A stretch of DNA of 61,969 nt from the IMG/VR virus record IMGVR_UViG_3300015242_000003, positions 1 through 61,969 of that record. One strand, written 5' to 3'. The position numbers and the translations under genes are program-made. Below, one piece after another: positions 20,194-29,997 of this stretch (the first letter of the stretch is position 1; the number at the start of each line of letters is the position of its first letter). This DNA comes from a virus (lineage: Duplodnaviria; Caudoviricetes). The notes beneath the pieces are model-generated. The model saw only the letters and a program-made list of their open reading frames with translations, was not told the DNA's origin and searched no databases.

Positions 20194-21373
20194 GCCAACA
20201 GTCTCGATAGGACGCATGGTGATGCGGGAGGACCTGTCTGTTGCCGAGAACGGCGACAACCGGGTCATGACTCTAAGCGGACAGGAGTCAGTCCCTCGTC
20301 TCACCCCAGCCCAAGTTGTTGCTCGTCGCGAAGACTTCCTCTCTATGGACGGGAAGATGGTCCCTGTCCTCTTCACCGACAAAACATATCTTGACGGTTT
20401 TTACCAGGTTGAGACTGCTTCTGGAACAATCGAAGATTGGAATGGCGGAGCTATTCGAGTTTTCCGCTGGACTTGCACTCTCATCCGTCTCGGCACGGTG
20501 TCCGAAGTAGACATCGAATCTCGGCTCAGCGGATCGATTACCCGAGTGAATGCCTTCTCGGTTGTCGGGGAGCGCACCCATGCTCCTGCGATCGGACACG
20601 ACTCTTATTGGTCAAACGCCACAGTCTCCTCGGTCCTCACCCGCACAGCGGTAGACGGGGCTGTCAAGCTGTACCGAGGCCTAGGATCCACGGTCAGCCC
20701 CCGCTGGGCGGTAGCCCCGTCTGCCTACGCAGGCGGCCGAGTTCGGTTCCTCGACTCGAACAGCACCGAACGCTCCGGTATCGCGTTCATGTGCAGCCCT
20801 ACGAGCTGGGAGCTGTCGAACGGCCTGGTTCGAGTTCGTCCCGGAACGGCGCTCGAAGTGTCTGCCTGGACCGGGGGCGCCTGGAAGCCTAAGGTCTGGA
20901 ACCTGCTCGCAGGCGGAGTCGGGCTGTCTCCGTTTACGTATTGCACGATAATTGACAACAGATATGAGTCCGCCACAATCCGGCTAACTAAATCCCAGAC
21001 GACTGGACGGACCTTTGTAGACCTCACGTTGAGGAGGGGCAGCCGGCTACTCGAGATCTATATCCAGGCTGAGTTCGCGGCTACGCTCCGGATCGCGCGC
21101 GGAACGGTCGAAGCGGGCACAAGCGCATTGGCAGGGGCGGTAGTGGCTAACGCTAACGATGGTGATACGAACAAGTACATCCTCGGATCGGCTAAGGCCT
21201 TTACCCCTGACATTACCAATGGGGCTATCGATAAAACATCAACGACAACTCTAGACGCGTATGTCGGGGTAATCGCGGGTGGGACCGGAGCCGTGGCGGG
21301 GGATCAGGCCGCTGATTTGCAGAAACAGTACGTTGGTGCACCTTCGGAATTGGTACAGGCGGTGAGACGATAA
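20186..21373 (+). CDS. minor tail protein
   Basis: Directly follows the tape measure gene. Confidence 0.75.
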   Translation: MSRPTVSIGRMVMREDLSVAENGDNRVMTLSGQESVPRLTPAQVVARREDFLSMDGKMVPVLFTDKTYLDGFYQVETASGTIEDWNGGAIRVFRWTCTLIRLGTVSEVDIESRLSGSITRVNAFSVVGERTHAPAIGHDSYWSNATVSSVLTRTAVDGAVKLYRGLGSTVSPRWAVAPSAYAGGRVRFLDSNSTERSGIAFMCSPTSWELSNGLVRVRPGTALEVSAWTGGAWKPKVWNLLAGGVGLSPFTYCTIIDNRYESATIRLTKSQTTGRTFVDLTLRRGSRLLEIYIQAEFAATLRIARGTVEAGTSALAGAVVANANDGDTNKYILGSAKAFTPDITNGAIDKTSTTTLDAYVGVIAGGTGAVAGDQAADLQKQYVGAPSELVQAVRR

Positions 21374-24234
21374 TGTCTGTGACTGAAACTCTTCGGGCAT
21401 TGGGCAGCTGGAATTTGCAGCTGAGCGAGGATATGCCTGCCAGCATCTGGGATCAGATTGGATACTACGGGCATATCGTCGTGCACGTCGGCAAGGTGGA
21501 TCCGCGCGTCGCGGGAGACTCGCTCCTGAAGACGGCGCGCTACACCGGGGTGTTGCGAGCGCGCGGCGAGAAGGGCGAGAAGAAGTCTATCGGCGGGCTC
21601 GGCATGGCGATGTGGCTCGGAGATCCCGATAGCAAGGGTGACACGATCGAAACTCTGACGACGTTCACAGGGGAAGATTTCCAAGACGTAATCACGGCGC
21701 TATTGCCGCCCTCAGGATCGGTAACCGCTGGAGCGATCTTCAACATCGCAGAGACTTGGACGGGTACGCACCAGTTTCAATCGCGGCGCGAAGTGATTGA
21801 TTATATCTGTCAGACGGTTGGAGCGGCCTGGCGGGTAAACGGAGACGCCACCCTGGATGCGGGTTTGGAAAGCGACTTGTTCCGGGTTGTTCCGAATGTG
21901 ATCGTGCAGCGGAAGCCGGACAACGCGCTATCGCTCACCGGTAGCGAACTCGATATGTTCGTGCGGGGATTCGACGGTAATCTCGAAACTGATTCGGATA
22001 CTGAAGATTTCACGACCCGAGTCCTGCTCATGGCGCAGGGGTCTAATGGATCGTTTGCAAGCGCCACAGCGGACATCGACCCAGGCCTGAACCCGTACAA
22101 GGATCTCCACGGGAACTTCGTCAAGTTGACTCGTATTGTGCAGGAATCCGAGACTGACCCTGCGAACGCACCTGCTCGAGCACAGCTGCAGCTCAATCGG
22201 TTCAGCGGTACCCGCGATGCCCTGAGTCTGTCTACAAAGTACTATGACATTAAGGGTGAAGCTCAAGTAGGGGATTATCTCTGGGTTTGGGATCCTGAGA
22301 TGGACCTGGTAGATTACGCCAACGAAGTTATGTTTCGGGGCCAGAGGATCTACCCGCTTAAATTGAAGTTTACCGAAACAACTTGGCCAATTACCGAAGG
22401 CATGTCGGTTTGCTACCGGGATGGTAATGGCAGTTGGATTGATTTGACAGATTACTTCGAACGCGAGTCTGGCGAGACGAATATCGTCGTGGGCGGTTAC
22501 AACCGGTCGCTTACAGATGGAGGCTCGGGCGCCTTCCCGGTTACTCCTCCTGACATCGACCTAACCGTTCCGGACATCACCGTCTGGGTCGAGCCGTTCC
22601 GACAGGGCGTCTATCAGAGTCCAGTTACAGGAGCGGCACGCGGGGATGCGCTGCTGGAATGGTTGACGCCTTTGAATATCGGAGGATCCCCCATTACGGA
22701 CGGATCCCATTACGACATCCGATATCGAACGGCGACCACCCCGCTCGTGCCGACTACGCACACTATGATGAGTGCTTTCACCCACGCACAGCTCGCGGTA
22801 GACGGCACTTTCGATCAGCCGATTACGTTCCCTGCCACGGAGTGGCATTACACATCGGCAGCTTTCGACCTGAACCAATTTAGACTTCTCGACCTCGTGC
22901 CTTCGATGCCGTATGAGATTCAGATTCGTGCAGTCGACCTGGCCAACCCTTCGAACTATGGGGCCTGGTCCGCACTAGCCGAATTCCAGACAACGAACGA
23001 CAACGTTGCCCCTGCTACGCCCGCTTCGCCCGAGGTCGCTTCCAACTTGCTGTCGGTCCAGATCGTGCACAGGCTCGGAGTCTCAGCAGGTGGCGCGTTC
23101 AACCTGGATCGGGACCTGCACCACCTCGAGGTGCATGGTGGTAGCGAGCCTTTGTTCCAACCAGTTGATGAGACTCTTATCGGCAAGATGATGGCTAACT
23201 GGGGCATGATCACGGGGAACATTCCCGCCGTAGCGAGCTTCCAGATTACGGGCACCCCTCGACCCCCAGACCCGGACCCCGGAGCGATTCAGGCAACAGA
23301 TACCCTGCCTGTATTTTTCAAGGTGATCGCGGTCGACGAGGCGGGAAACAAGTCTCTCCCCTCGGCGGCAGTCGAATCCTCAGCAGAGTTGATCAGCAGT
23401 CAGTACGTCTCGGACCTGACCGCGAGCAAGATTACGGCCGGCCGGATGACGGCTGAAGTGTTGATGGCTGGCAGGATCATGACGGCCGAGACTGGGCCTC
23501 GCGTTCAAATGAGCCATACGGGTATTCAGGGCTACAAGGAAGACAACACCCTGGGCCTAGATTGGAAAACTGAGAACGGCTTGCTGCACGTGCTCGGCGA
23601 GGCGGGCATCAAAGTCACCGGCGGCGGCAATGTCGAGATTACCGATGGCGCGGTGATCGTTAAGAACGCCAACGGAAATGTCATTGTGGAACTCGGAGAA
23701 TGCTCAGATGGACGCCACGGGCTTCAGGTCTACAAAGACAATGGCCTGCGTGTTGCTCGGATCGGAGAGCTAGAGTCCCCAGGCGGAGACGGAATCGAGT
23801 TTGTCGATGACGCTGGTTTATTGGTGCGCGCCAACACCCTTGCTTTCGGGATAGCGGCTGCATCTAATGCGGGAGGTATCTCCACGTTTTCTGACGTATA
23901 CAGTGCTGGATCACCAATTGTTCAGGCTACGGTCACTATCGGAGATACTGGCCGAGCTATTGTTCATATCGGAGCATGGCTAATTATGACTGATGCCTCT
24001 AATACTTCCGGAGGAAGTATGGGTTACGGGATATCCGGAGCTACTACTCGCGCTGTCAGCAATATTGATGCCATATCTTCAGGACTTGGCCAGCAAAACT
24101 TTGGGTATGGTAGGTCGTTTTTGGTGACAGGCTTGAATCCTGGAGTGACCAATTTCTATCTTGCATATAAGTCAACGGCAAATGCCCAGATCGCACAATT
24201 CTTCAATCGCACCATTGCGGTCCAACCTTTTTGA
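21373..24234 (+). CDS. large minor tail protein (hub/central fibre, fn3-like segments)
   Basis: 953 aa; YEIQIRAVD and AVDEAGNKS fn3 motifs; LTASKITAG repeat. Confidence 0.8.
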   Translation: MSVTETLRALGSWNLQLSEDMPASIWDQIGYYGHIVVHVGKVDPRVAGDSLLKTARYTGVLRARGEKGEKKSIGGLGMAMWLGDPDSKGDTIETLTTFTGEDFQDVITALLPPSGSVTAGAIFNIAETWTGTHQFQSRREVIDYICQTVGAAWRVNGDATLDAGLESDLFRVVPNVIVQRKPDNALSLTGSELDMFVRGFDGNLETDSDTEDFTTRVLLMAQGSNGSFASATADIDPGLNPYKDLHGNFVKLTRIVQESETDPANAPARAQLQLNRFSGTRDALSLSTKYYDIKGEAQVGDYLWVWDPEMDLVDYANEVMFRGQRIYPLKLKFTETTWPITEGMSVCYRDGNGSWIDLTDYFERESGETNIVVGGYNRSLTDGGSGAFPVTPPDIDLTVPDITVWVEPFRQGVYQSPVTGAARGDALLEWLTPLNIGGSPITDGSHYDIRYRTATTPLVPTTHTMMSAFTHAQLAVDGTFDQPITFPATEWHYTSAAFDLNQFRLLDLVPSMPYEIQIRAVDLANPSNYGAWSALAEFQTTNDNVAPATPASPEVASNLLSVQIVHRLGVSAGGAFNLDRDLHHLEVHGGSEPLFQPVDETLIGKMMANWGMITGNIPAVASFQITGTPRPPDPDPGAIQATDTLPVFFKVIAVDEAGNKSLPSAAVESSAELISSQYVSDLTASKITAGRMTAEVLMAGRIMTAETGPRVQMSHTGIQGYKEDNTLGLDWKTENGLLHVLGEAGIKVTGGGNVEITDGAVIVKNANGNVIVELGECSDGRHGLQVYKDNGLRVARIGELESPGGDGIEFVDDAGLLVRANTLAFGIAAASNAGGISTFSDVYSAGSPIVQATVTIGDTGRAIVHIGAWLIMTDASNTSGGSMGYGISGATTRAVSNIDAISSGLGQQNFGYGRSFLVTGLNPGVTNFYLAYKSTANAQIAQFFNRTIAVQPF

Positions 24235-24246
24235 TAGGGGATTTAA

Positions 24247-25026
24247 GTGCCCACCTTCACATCTAGGCTAGGCCTAACTCTTCCGGCTGGAATTGAAGAT
24301 TACAATATCGGGATCCACAACGGGAACATGACGTTGATCGATGGCGACATGGGTGGCCTGATTATCTGTACTTCCAGCACTCGTCCAACCACCACGTACG
24401 CCGGGATGATGGCGTTCGAGACCGACACCGCTTTGATGATTATTCGGAACGGCGCGAACTCCGCCTGGTTGCTTGCTACCACGGTTGTCACGTGCACTTC
24501 GGTGACTCGGCCGACGAGTACCCATGCTGGCATGCTTATTTACGAGACTGACACCCAATACCTCGTAATGCGTAACTCGGCCAACAGTGCCTGGATTGTG
24601 CGGCTGGGCGGGCAGACACTTCGGAGCACTGCAAACGACACCACGACGACCAACGGGACGACCTACAGCCAGGGTACCGGCGGCACAATGCCGGGGATCG
24701 CGTTCGTCGGTCCGCCCTCGGGCGAAGTGTTGATCCACTACTCGGCAGCGCTTACGTGTGGAGCTGCCACGGCTGCCGCCACGCTGTACTACACGCCCCA
24801 CATTCGGAACGGTGCTGTTGTCGGCTCGGGCACCGACTTCCTTGTCGGAACAGATAATGACGCGGTGCAGGTCGCGGGAAGTGTGTTTACGAACCGAGTT
24901 GGCTCCAGCATGGTTATCCCTGGGCTAACTGCAGGGACCCAATACAATGCCCGGATGGACGTAAAATCATTCGGCGCAACAGCGGGAACCGTGGCTGCCA
25001 AGAAGCTTGTTGTCCAGCCTATCTGA
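24247..25026 (+). CDS. minor tail protein or fibre
   Basis: Duplicated CTSxTRP...GMxxxETDT repeat common in actinophage fibres. Confidence 0.7.
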   Translation: MPTFTSRLGLTLPAGIEDYNIGIHNGNMTLIDGDMGGLIICTSSTRPTTTYAGMMAFETDTALMIIRNGANSAWLLATTVVTCTSVTRPTSTHAGMLIYETDTQYLVMRNSANSAWIVRLGGQTLRSTANDTTTTNGTTYSQGTGGTMPGIAFVGPPSGEVLIHYSAALTCGAATAAATLYYTPHIRNGAVVGSGTDFLVGTDNDAVQVAGSVFTNRVGSSMVIPGLTAGTQYNARMDVKSFGATAGTVAAKKLVVQPI

Positions 25027-25036
25027 TAGGAGTGAA

Positions 25037-25594
25037 ATGGTTTTCCTTTCCGAATCTCGCGACATTATGATTGTTGGAGACAGCGTGACGGCCGGTGTCG
25101 GACCATCCTCTTCGGACAAGGCTTACTACAATCTGGTGCAGGATGCTCGACCTCTGGATAGCTTCCACGTGCATTCCGAATTGAATAGTGATGTTGACGA
25201 TTGGCCGGGTGACGTAGGCACCACTTTGCAGAGCAACCAAGATGTCATTATTTTGCAGCTCGGTATCAATCTCTGGAGATCCTCAACTTCCTCGGCTACA
25301 TTTAAATCCAACTGCCAGGCATTTTTTGAGTTGCTGAGGCAATACAATCCTATCTCCCAAATATACTTCATTAGGGGGTGGATGCCTGCGACAGCAGTAG
25401 CTAGCCAGATCGCTTTGTGGACCGCATACGAGGGAGTCCTTGCGGCATTCGCATCAGATATTTATGTTCGCCCATTCACATTCGTAGACATGAAAGAAGA
25501 CAATTTGGAATTGTATTACGCCTCTGGCCAATCAATTCTATACAATGATATTGGCCATCAGCTCCTGGCAGATAGATTGCTTTCGATCATCTAA
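25037..25594 (+). CDS. SGNH/GDSL hydrolase-like protein, possibly inactive
   Basis: Block I IVGDSVTAG, block III LGIN; block V reads SILYNDIGH with no DxxH. Confidence 0.7.
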   Translation: MVFLSESRDIMIVGDSVTAGVGPSSSDKAYYNLVQDARPLDSFHVHSELNSDVDDWPGDVGTTLQSNQDVIILQLGINLWRSSTSSATFKSNCQAFFELLRQYNPISQIYFIRGWMPATAVASQIALWTAYEGVLAAFASDIYVRPFTFVDMKEDNLELYYASGQSILYNDIGHQLLADRLLSII

Positions 25595-25612
25595 TTTGGG
25601 AAAGGGGCTACG

Positions 25613-26014
25613 GTGCCTTGGAGACAACGCATTAGACTTAAGTGGCCATACATTTTAATGTATAGTTTCTATGTTGTCGCTGGGGTTCTTGCTTTTATCT
25701 ATCCGACTCGCGCAATCTTAGACGCGTTGCAGATCTACTTGGCTTACCTTTGGTCTTCATTCTTGTTCTTCGGAAGTGCCTTGTCGTTGTACGGCTCATT
25801 GCGAGATCGGATCTCCGGGGAGATCGTCGGTCTCCCGCTGCTTGCAACGGCGAACGCGATTTTCGGAACGGCTCTCCTCGCGTACGGGGTGTCTCCTGCT
25901 GCCTATGCGATCGGCTTGATATTCTGGGGTGTAGGATTCGGTTTAGTCGGTAGATGGTTTGAAATGAAAGCAATCCTGAAGATTGCCCGGGAGGCTCGGG
26001 ATGGCAAATCTTGA
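25613..26014 (+). CDS. four-TM membrane protein of the lysis cassette
   Basis: Four hydrophobic segments. Confidence 0.7.
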   Translation: MPWRQRIRLKWPYILMYSFYVVAGVLAFIYPTRAILDALQIYLAYLWSSFLFFGSALSLYGSLRDRISGEIVGLPLLATANAIFGTALLAYGVSPAAYAIGLIFWGVGFGLVGRWFEMKAILKIAREARDGKS

Positions 26015-26321
26015 GTTTGTTCTCGTTGCCCTCTTTGGTGCGGGAGGGGCCGGAGCTTTCTCTGGGATTCTCAGCCTAGTCCGGATCCTGAGACAGGGAA
26101 AGATCGAGAGCGAAGAAACCCTTATCAAGAGATTGGATACCAACAACGCCAAACAATCTGAGCGCGCCGATGCCGCAGAGACCCGTGCGGACGCTGCAGA
26201 CAAGGATTCGGACCGGTATCGTAAGCAGCGGGATATTGCTCGGGAACGGGTCGCACGGTTGCGGCGAGTTCTGATCGATAATGGGATAGAGCCCCCGGAA
26301 TTGGGAAAAGATGATGACTGA
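26001..26321 (+). CDS. membrane-anchored coiled-coil protein
   Basis: N-terminal TM segment followed by heptad repeats. Confidence 0.65.
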   Translation: MANLEFVLVALFGAGGAGAFSGILSLVRILRQGKIESEETLIKRLDTNNAKQSERADAAETRADAADKDSDRYRKQRDIARERVARLRRVLIDNGIEPPELGKDDD

Positions 26322-26994
26322 GGAAGGACAGAAGCTGCTCAAGCTTCAGAAGCAGCGTATCAGCCAGAGGTTCTTGAATGGCATTATGGTAATCGGCATC
26401 GCGTCGGTTATGGCTGTTGTTGTAATCCTCTGGACAGACTCCTCTAACGCCGCCAACGCCAATCGTCAAATCCTCGTCGATATTCAGGACTCGCTCAACG
26501 CGACGTGCGATGCGGCCCCGGTAGAAACCCTAGCCGTCAGTGTTCAGGCCGACTGTATCGCCGCCGCCAACAATGAGATTCCCGAGAGAGTCGATAGCGT
26601 CCCCGGGCCAGTAGGTGCAGCCGGTGCCCAAGGCGAACGGGGCGAACAAGGTGAGCCCGGAGCCCAAGGCGAACCAGGCCCGCAAGGCGAACAGGGCGCC
26701 CAAGGTGCCCAGGGTGAGCCGGGTCTATCAGGCCTCCCGGGAACGATCGGCGAGCCCGGATTGACGGGCCCATTCGGAGCCCAGGGCGAACCGGGTCCAG
26801 CCGGACCGCAAGGGCCTCCTGGCGAGACCGGAGCCACCGGAGCCCAAGGGGAAGTTGGCCCTGCTGGGCCGGAATGTCGAGACGGCTACACCGCACAGGA
26901 GTTTCAATACTGGGGCCCCAATATGGTTAATGATGAAGAGGGCTCCGCTACGGACGATGATGAAGACTGGCTTATCTGTAAGAAGGTGGGATAA
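26311..26994 (+). CDS. membrane-anchored collagen-like protein
   Basis: One TM segment, then about 30 Gly-X-Y triplets flanked by Cys pairs. Confidence 0.8.
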   Translation: MMTEEGQKLLKLQKQRISQRFLNGIMVIGIASVMAVVVILWTDSSNAANANRQILVDIQDSLNATCDAAPVETLAVSVQADCIAAANNEIPERVDSVPGPVGAAGAQGERGEQGEPGAQGEPGPQGEQGAQGAQGEPGLSGLPGTIGEPGLTGPFGAQGEPGPAGPQGPPGETGATGAQGEVGPAGPECRDGYTAQEFQYWGPNMVNDEEGSATDDDEDWLICKKVG

Positions 26995-27848
26995 TGGCAA
27001 GAATGCCCGGAGCCCAGTGGCAGGGCGAGCATGGCGTCACCAAGATGTCCGCCTACCGGCGGGTCTGCATCCACACGATCGTCGGTAACCCACCAGCCCA
27101 CGCGGCGCACTTCTCCACGGCCGCCGACGGCACGGTCTACCAGAGTCGCGACACCGCGTGGCAGTCCGCCGCGAACTACCAGGGCAACCACGACACGATC
27201 GCCATCGAGAACGACGATCACGGCTCGGAGTATGGGGCGTGGAGCGTGAACGACGGGCACGCGGTGCCTGGGTTCACCACCCGCCAGGCCGAGGCGATCG
27301 CCAACATCCTGGTCTGGGCGCACAAGCAGCATGGCGTCCCGCTCACGCTGTGTCCGGGCTCGCGCCCGGGGTCGGTCGGGGTCGCCTACCACCGGCAGGG
27401 CATCGACGGAAGCTGGGCCGGCTACGCCTATGGCGGCCGCGCAGGTGGCGGGGAGAAGTGGTCGAAGTCCGGCGGCAAGGTGTGCCCTGGGGATCGGCGG
27501 ATCAGCCAGCTCATCAACGAGATCATCCCGCGAGCACGCTACCTGGCGGGGCTCGACCAGCCGATCGAGGAGGAGTCAGAAATGTCGAAGGTTTTCTTCG
27601 TTCACGGGGACAGCACTACGAAGGTTCCAGGCAAGAACTACAATTATGGGGATGCGCTCTTCATGGTTGTCTCCGATGCGGACGGCACCCGCCGTCGTCA
27701 CATGCATCCCGACGAGTGGGCTTGCCTCGCGGCGGACGGCGCGAAGGCGCATACTCGTTCGCAGAACTACGTGGACAGCATCCCCTGGGGCGCTCAGCCT
27801 GGCCTAGAGCCCTGGGTCACAGGTGGACCCATTCCTGGTACGCCTTAA
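26994..27848 (+). CDS. endolysin, N-acetylmuramoyl-L-alanine amidase (Amidase_2-like)
   Basis: CIHT, AHF, IAIEN, AYHR, KVCPG zinc-amidase motifs. Confidence 0.85.
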   Translation: MARMPGAQWQGEHGVTKMSAYRRVCIHTIVGNPPAHAAHFSTAADGTVYQSRDTAWQSAANYQGNHDTIAIENDDHGSEYGAWSVNDGHAVPGFTTRQAEAIANILVWAHKQHGVPLTLCPGSRPGSVGVAYHRQGIDGSWAGYAYGGRAGGGEKWSKSGGKVCPGDRRISQLINEIIPRARYLAGLDQPIEEESEMSKVFFVHGDSTTKVPGKNYNYGDALFMVVSDADGTRRRHMHPDEWACLAADGAKAHTRSQNYVDSIPWGAQPGLEPWVTGGPIPGTP

Positions 27849-27864
27849 CAACGAAAGGAAATTC

Positions 27865-28209
27865 ATGAATTTCAACAAGCTGCTTTGGTCACTGCTCGGC
27901 ACCGTGCTCCTGGGTGTGCAGACTGGCCTGTCTGACGGGGACTTCTCTCTAGTCGAGAGAATCGCCGTAGGCGCGGTGCTGTTCAGCACGGTCGGGACCT
28001 GGCTGGTGCCGAACACGCCAATCCTCAACGTCGCGAAGACTTGGGTTAACGCGATCGGTACCGCCACAGCTCTGCTCGCCACGGTCGCGGACAACGGCAT
28101 CACCGGGCAGGAATGGCTCACGGCCGTGATCCTGGTCCTGACTACCGCCGGGGTCTACGTCGTGCCGAACCTGACTGCAGCGGACAGGGAGCTTCCTCGC
28201 GTCGCGTAG
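27865..28209 (+). CDS. holin
   Basis: Duplicated two-TM units ending in VPN, after the endolysin. Confidence 0.75.
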   Translation: MNFNKLLWSLLGTVLLGVQTGLSDGDFSLVERIAVGAVLFSTVGTWLVPNTPILNVAKTWVNAIGTATALLATVADNGITGQEWLTAVILVLTTAGVYVVPNLTAADRELPRVA

Positions 28210-28219
28210 ACTGCTAGTA

Positions 28220-28263
28220 CCGTGCCCTGGGCGACACTTCCTCCGTCCCAGGGCACGGCTTTT
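28220..28263 (+). terminator. intrinsic terminator ending the late operon
   Basis: 12-bp stem CCGTGCCCTGGG/CCCAGGGCACGG followed by CTTTT. Confidence 0.8.
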
Positions 28264-28282
28264 CGCTGGTAGAACCGTTTAG

Positions 28283-28311
28283 TTGCCAATCTGGAGGAAG
28301 TCGAGTAGGCT
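28283..28311 (+). promoter_or_regulatory. promoter TTGCCA-N17-TAGGCT
   Basis: Matches the repeated consensus. Confidence 0.8.
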
Positions 28312-28420
28312 GGTGTTCGGTCTCAGGCCCGGAGAGACCAGAAAACCCAGACCCGGGCATCGCTGGCCGGCCCTACTGACAATCGGCGGCAGTAGGGTCG
28401 GTCCGGTTACGGAGGAAGCC

Positions 28421-28990
28421 GTGCTGGACCAGACGAAAGTATTGTTCAAGTTGTCCGCATTCTTCAACGTGAAGGATCGCGACACCCCAACCCACTTTAA
28501 CGCGGTTGCGAAAGTCCCCGCCGAAGACGCGCGGCAGCTCGCGCTCATGTTCCCGAAGTTGGTGAACCTAAAGATAGCTCGGGACGGCACGGTGTCGCTG
28601 TTCGGAGATCTCCGAGAGCCGTTGCTTATCGCGGGGGTCCGGAAGTACCACGGCTTCCGCCGTGCTGCCGAACGGCTCGGGTTCCGGATCGAGTACGTGT
28701 ATCCTGCCTCGAACGCTTACCGCGACGAGGACGCGTTCGAGTCAGCGGTAATCGGGCCTCGGGAGCTACTTCGTGTTCGGGGCGCCGCTCTCAAGCAACT
28801 CGACATCGTGCATTTCCACAGCGGCATTGCCTGGAGGATCGAGTCGATCGGCGATCAGGGCCGGACGCGACTGGCTAAAGTGCGCTACATCAAGTACGAC
28901 CACGACCCACAGAAGATCGGGAAACGCAAGGATTGGACGTTTTCCTCGCAAACGGTATTCGCAATCACGCGGCGGAAGACGACCCCCTAG
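28421..28990 (+). CDS. hypothetical protein
   Basis: GGAGGA RBS with GTG start, downstream of the promoter and a structured leader. Confidence 0.6.
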   Translation: MLDQTKVLFKLSAFFNVKDRDTPTHFNAVAKVPAEDARQLALMFPKLVNLKIARDGTVSLFGDLREPLLIAGVRKYHGFRRAAERLGFRIEYVYPASNAYRDEDAFESAVIGPRELLRVRGAALKQLDIVHFHSGIAWRIESIGDQGRTRLAKVRYIKYDHDPQKIGKRKDWTFSSQTVFAITRRKTTP

Positions 28991-29055
28991 ACTCCGGTCG
29001 GCCGACTTGCCTCGCTGCGGTCGGCCGACTGGGACCCAAACAAACGGAGGAAGAC

Positions 29056-29361
29056 ATGCCACGTAGGAAGATCGCTCCGCTACAGGAAGCAGGGGAAATT
29101 GAAGTGGTTGACTACCCAATCCATGACGACGTGCAACTGACGATCTCGGAGGTGTTCGACGTCGCCGAACTTGCCGACCTCGCGCACGCATGGGCACGGG
29201 AGGGCGCGGGGATGTCCCCGGAGCGAATCGACCGGTACCACGTGCTCGCGAAGATGTTCTCTGTCGAGCCGGCTCTCCTGCTCTACGTCTGCCAGCGGAA
29301 GCTTGCCGAGCTGCCAGATGGGCTACCGACCAGCGAAGATGGGGTGAGCGACAACTCCTGA
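29056..29361 (+). CDS. hypothetical protein
   Basis: GGAGGA RBS. Confidence 0.6.
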   Translation: MPRRKIAPLQEAGEIEVVDYPIHDDVQLTISEVFDVAELADLAHAWAREGAGMSPERIDRYHVLAKMFSVEPALLLYVCQRKLAELPDGLPTSEDGVSDNS

Positions 29362-29370
29362 AAGAAGTAG

Positions 29371-29399
29371 TTGCCAACTTCTGGCGATTGCCGTAGACT
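29371..29399 (+). promoter_or_regulatory. promoter TTGCCA-N17-TAGACT
   Basis: Matches the repeated consensus. Confidence 0.8.
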
Positions 29400-29432
29400 G
29401 GTGTCACACCAGGAAGCGACCAAGGAGCGGAC

Positions 29433-29633
29433 ATGACGCAGACCTTCCCTTACATCCCGGCCGGCACGAAGGTCATGTTCACCTCCAACACCGACGACAA
29501 GGTTCGGGAGGGTGTTATCGAGGGGATTAACCGGCGGACCGCGAACGAGTTTTCAGCTCCGACGTCCTACACGGTGCACAACTCGCGTGGCCAGTGGCAC
29601 GTGTCTGCCGACGAGGTTCTTCCGATCGACTAG
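29433..29633 (+). CDS. small SH3-like beta-barrel protein
   Basis: AAGGAG RBS; GTKVMF...GVIEG...YTV pattern. Confidence 0.6.
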   Translation: MTQTFPYIPAGTKVMFTSNTDDKVREGVIEGINRRTANEFSAPTSYTVHNSRGQWHVSADEVLPID

Positions 29634-29697
29634 GCCGAAACGCCCGAGGGGAGACCCGAGGGCGTCGCGGGGATCGAGACCCGCCTGAGGATGGCCT
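29632..29697 (+). ncRNA. type II hammerhead ribozyme
   Basis: AGGCC-GAAA-CGCCC...GGGCG-TC-GCGGG...CCCGC-CTGAGGA-T-GGCCT: full catalytic core and three stems; predicted cleavage after C29666. Confidence 0.85.
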
Positions 29698-29721
29698 CAG
29701 CTCTACCGAAGGGTGCAACCC

Positions 29722-29997
29722 ATGCCGAACGAACTTACGGTCTCGCAGCTCGTTGCCGAACTTCGCGAGCACCACGACAACGGAGCGCTTCCGGCCGGCT
29801 GGTCGAAGCTGCGCAAGGCCGAGCTGCTTGAGCTGCTCGAGGCGTTGCGCGTCTCGGCTCGTCGGGCGCCGAAGGCCTCGAAGGAGCGTCGCCTGCGCGA
29901 GAAGGGCTCCCGCGTCGGCCGTCGGTTCGGCACGAAGAACCGGGCGAACCGGCAGGACCCGAGGAACGTTCACCACAAGGTCCCCTCGGCGGCCTAG
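29722..29997 (+). CDS. basic protein with a Rho N-terminal-like (HEH) domain
   Basis: LTVSQLVAELRE...GWSKLRKAELLELL. Confidence 0.6.
   Translation: MPNELTVSQLVAELREHHDNGALPAGWSKLRKAELLELLEALRVSARRAPKASKERRLREKGSRVGRRFGTKNRANRQDPRNVHHKVPSAA

Noticed and set aside
23870-25026. Diversity-generating retroelement acting on tail tips
   Set aside because: No reverse transcriptase, and I saw no adenine-mismatched template/variable repeat pair
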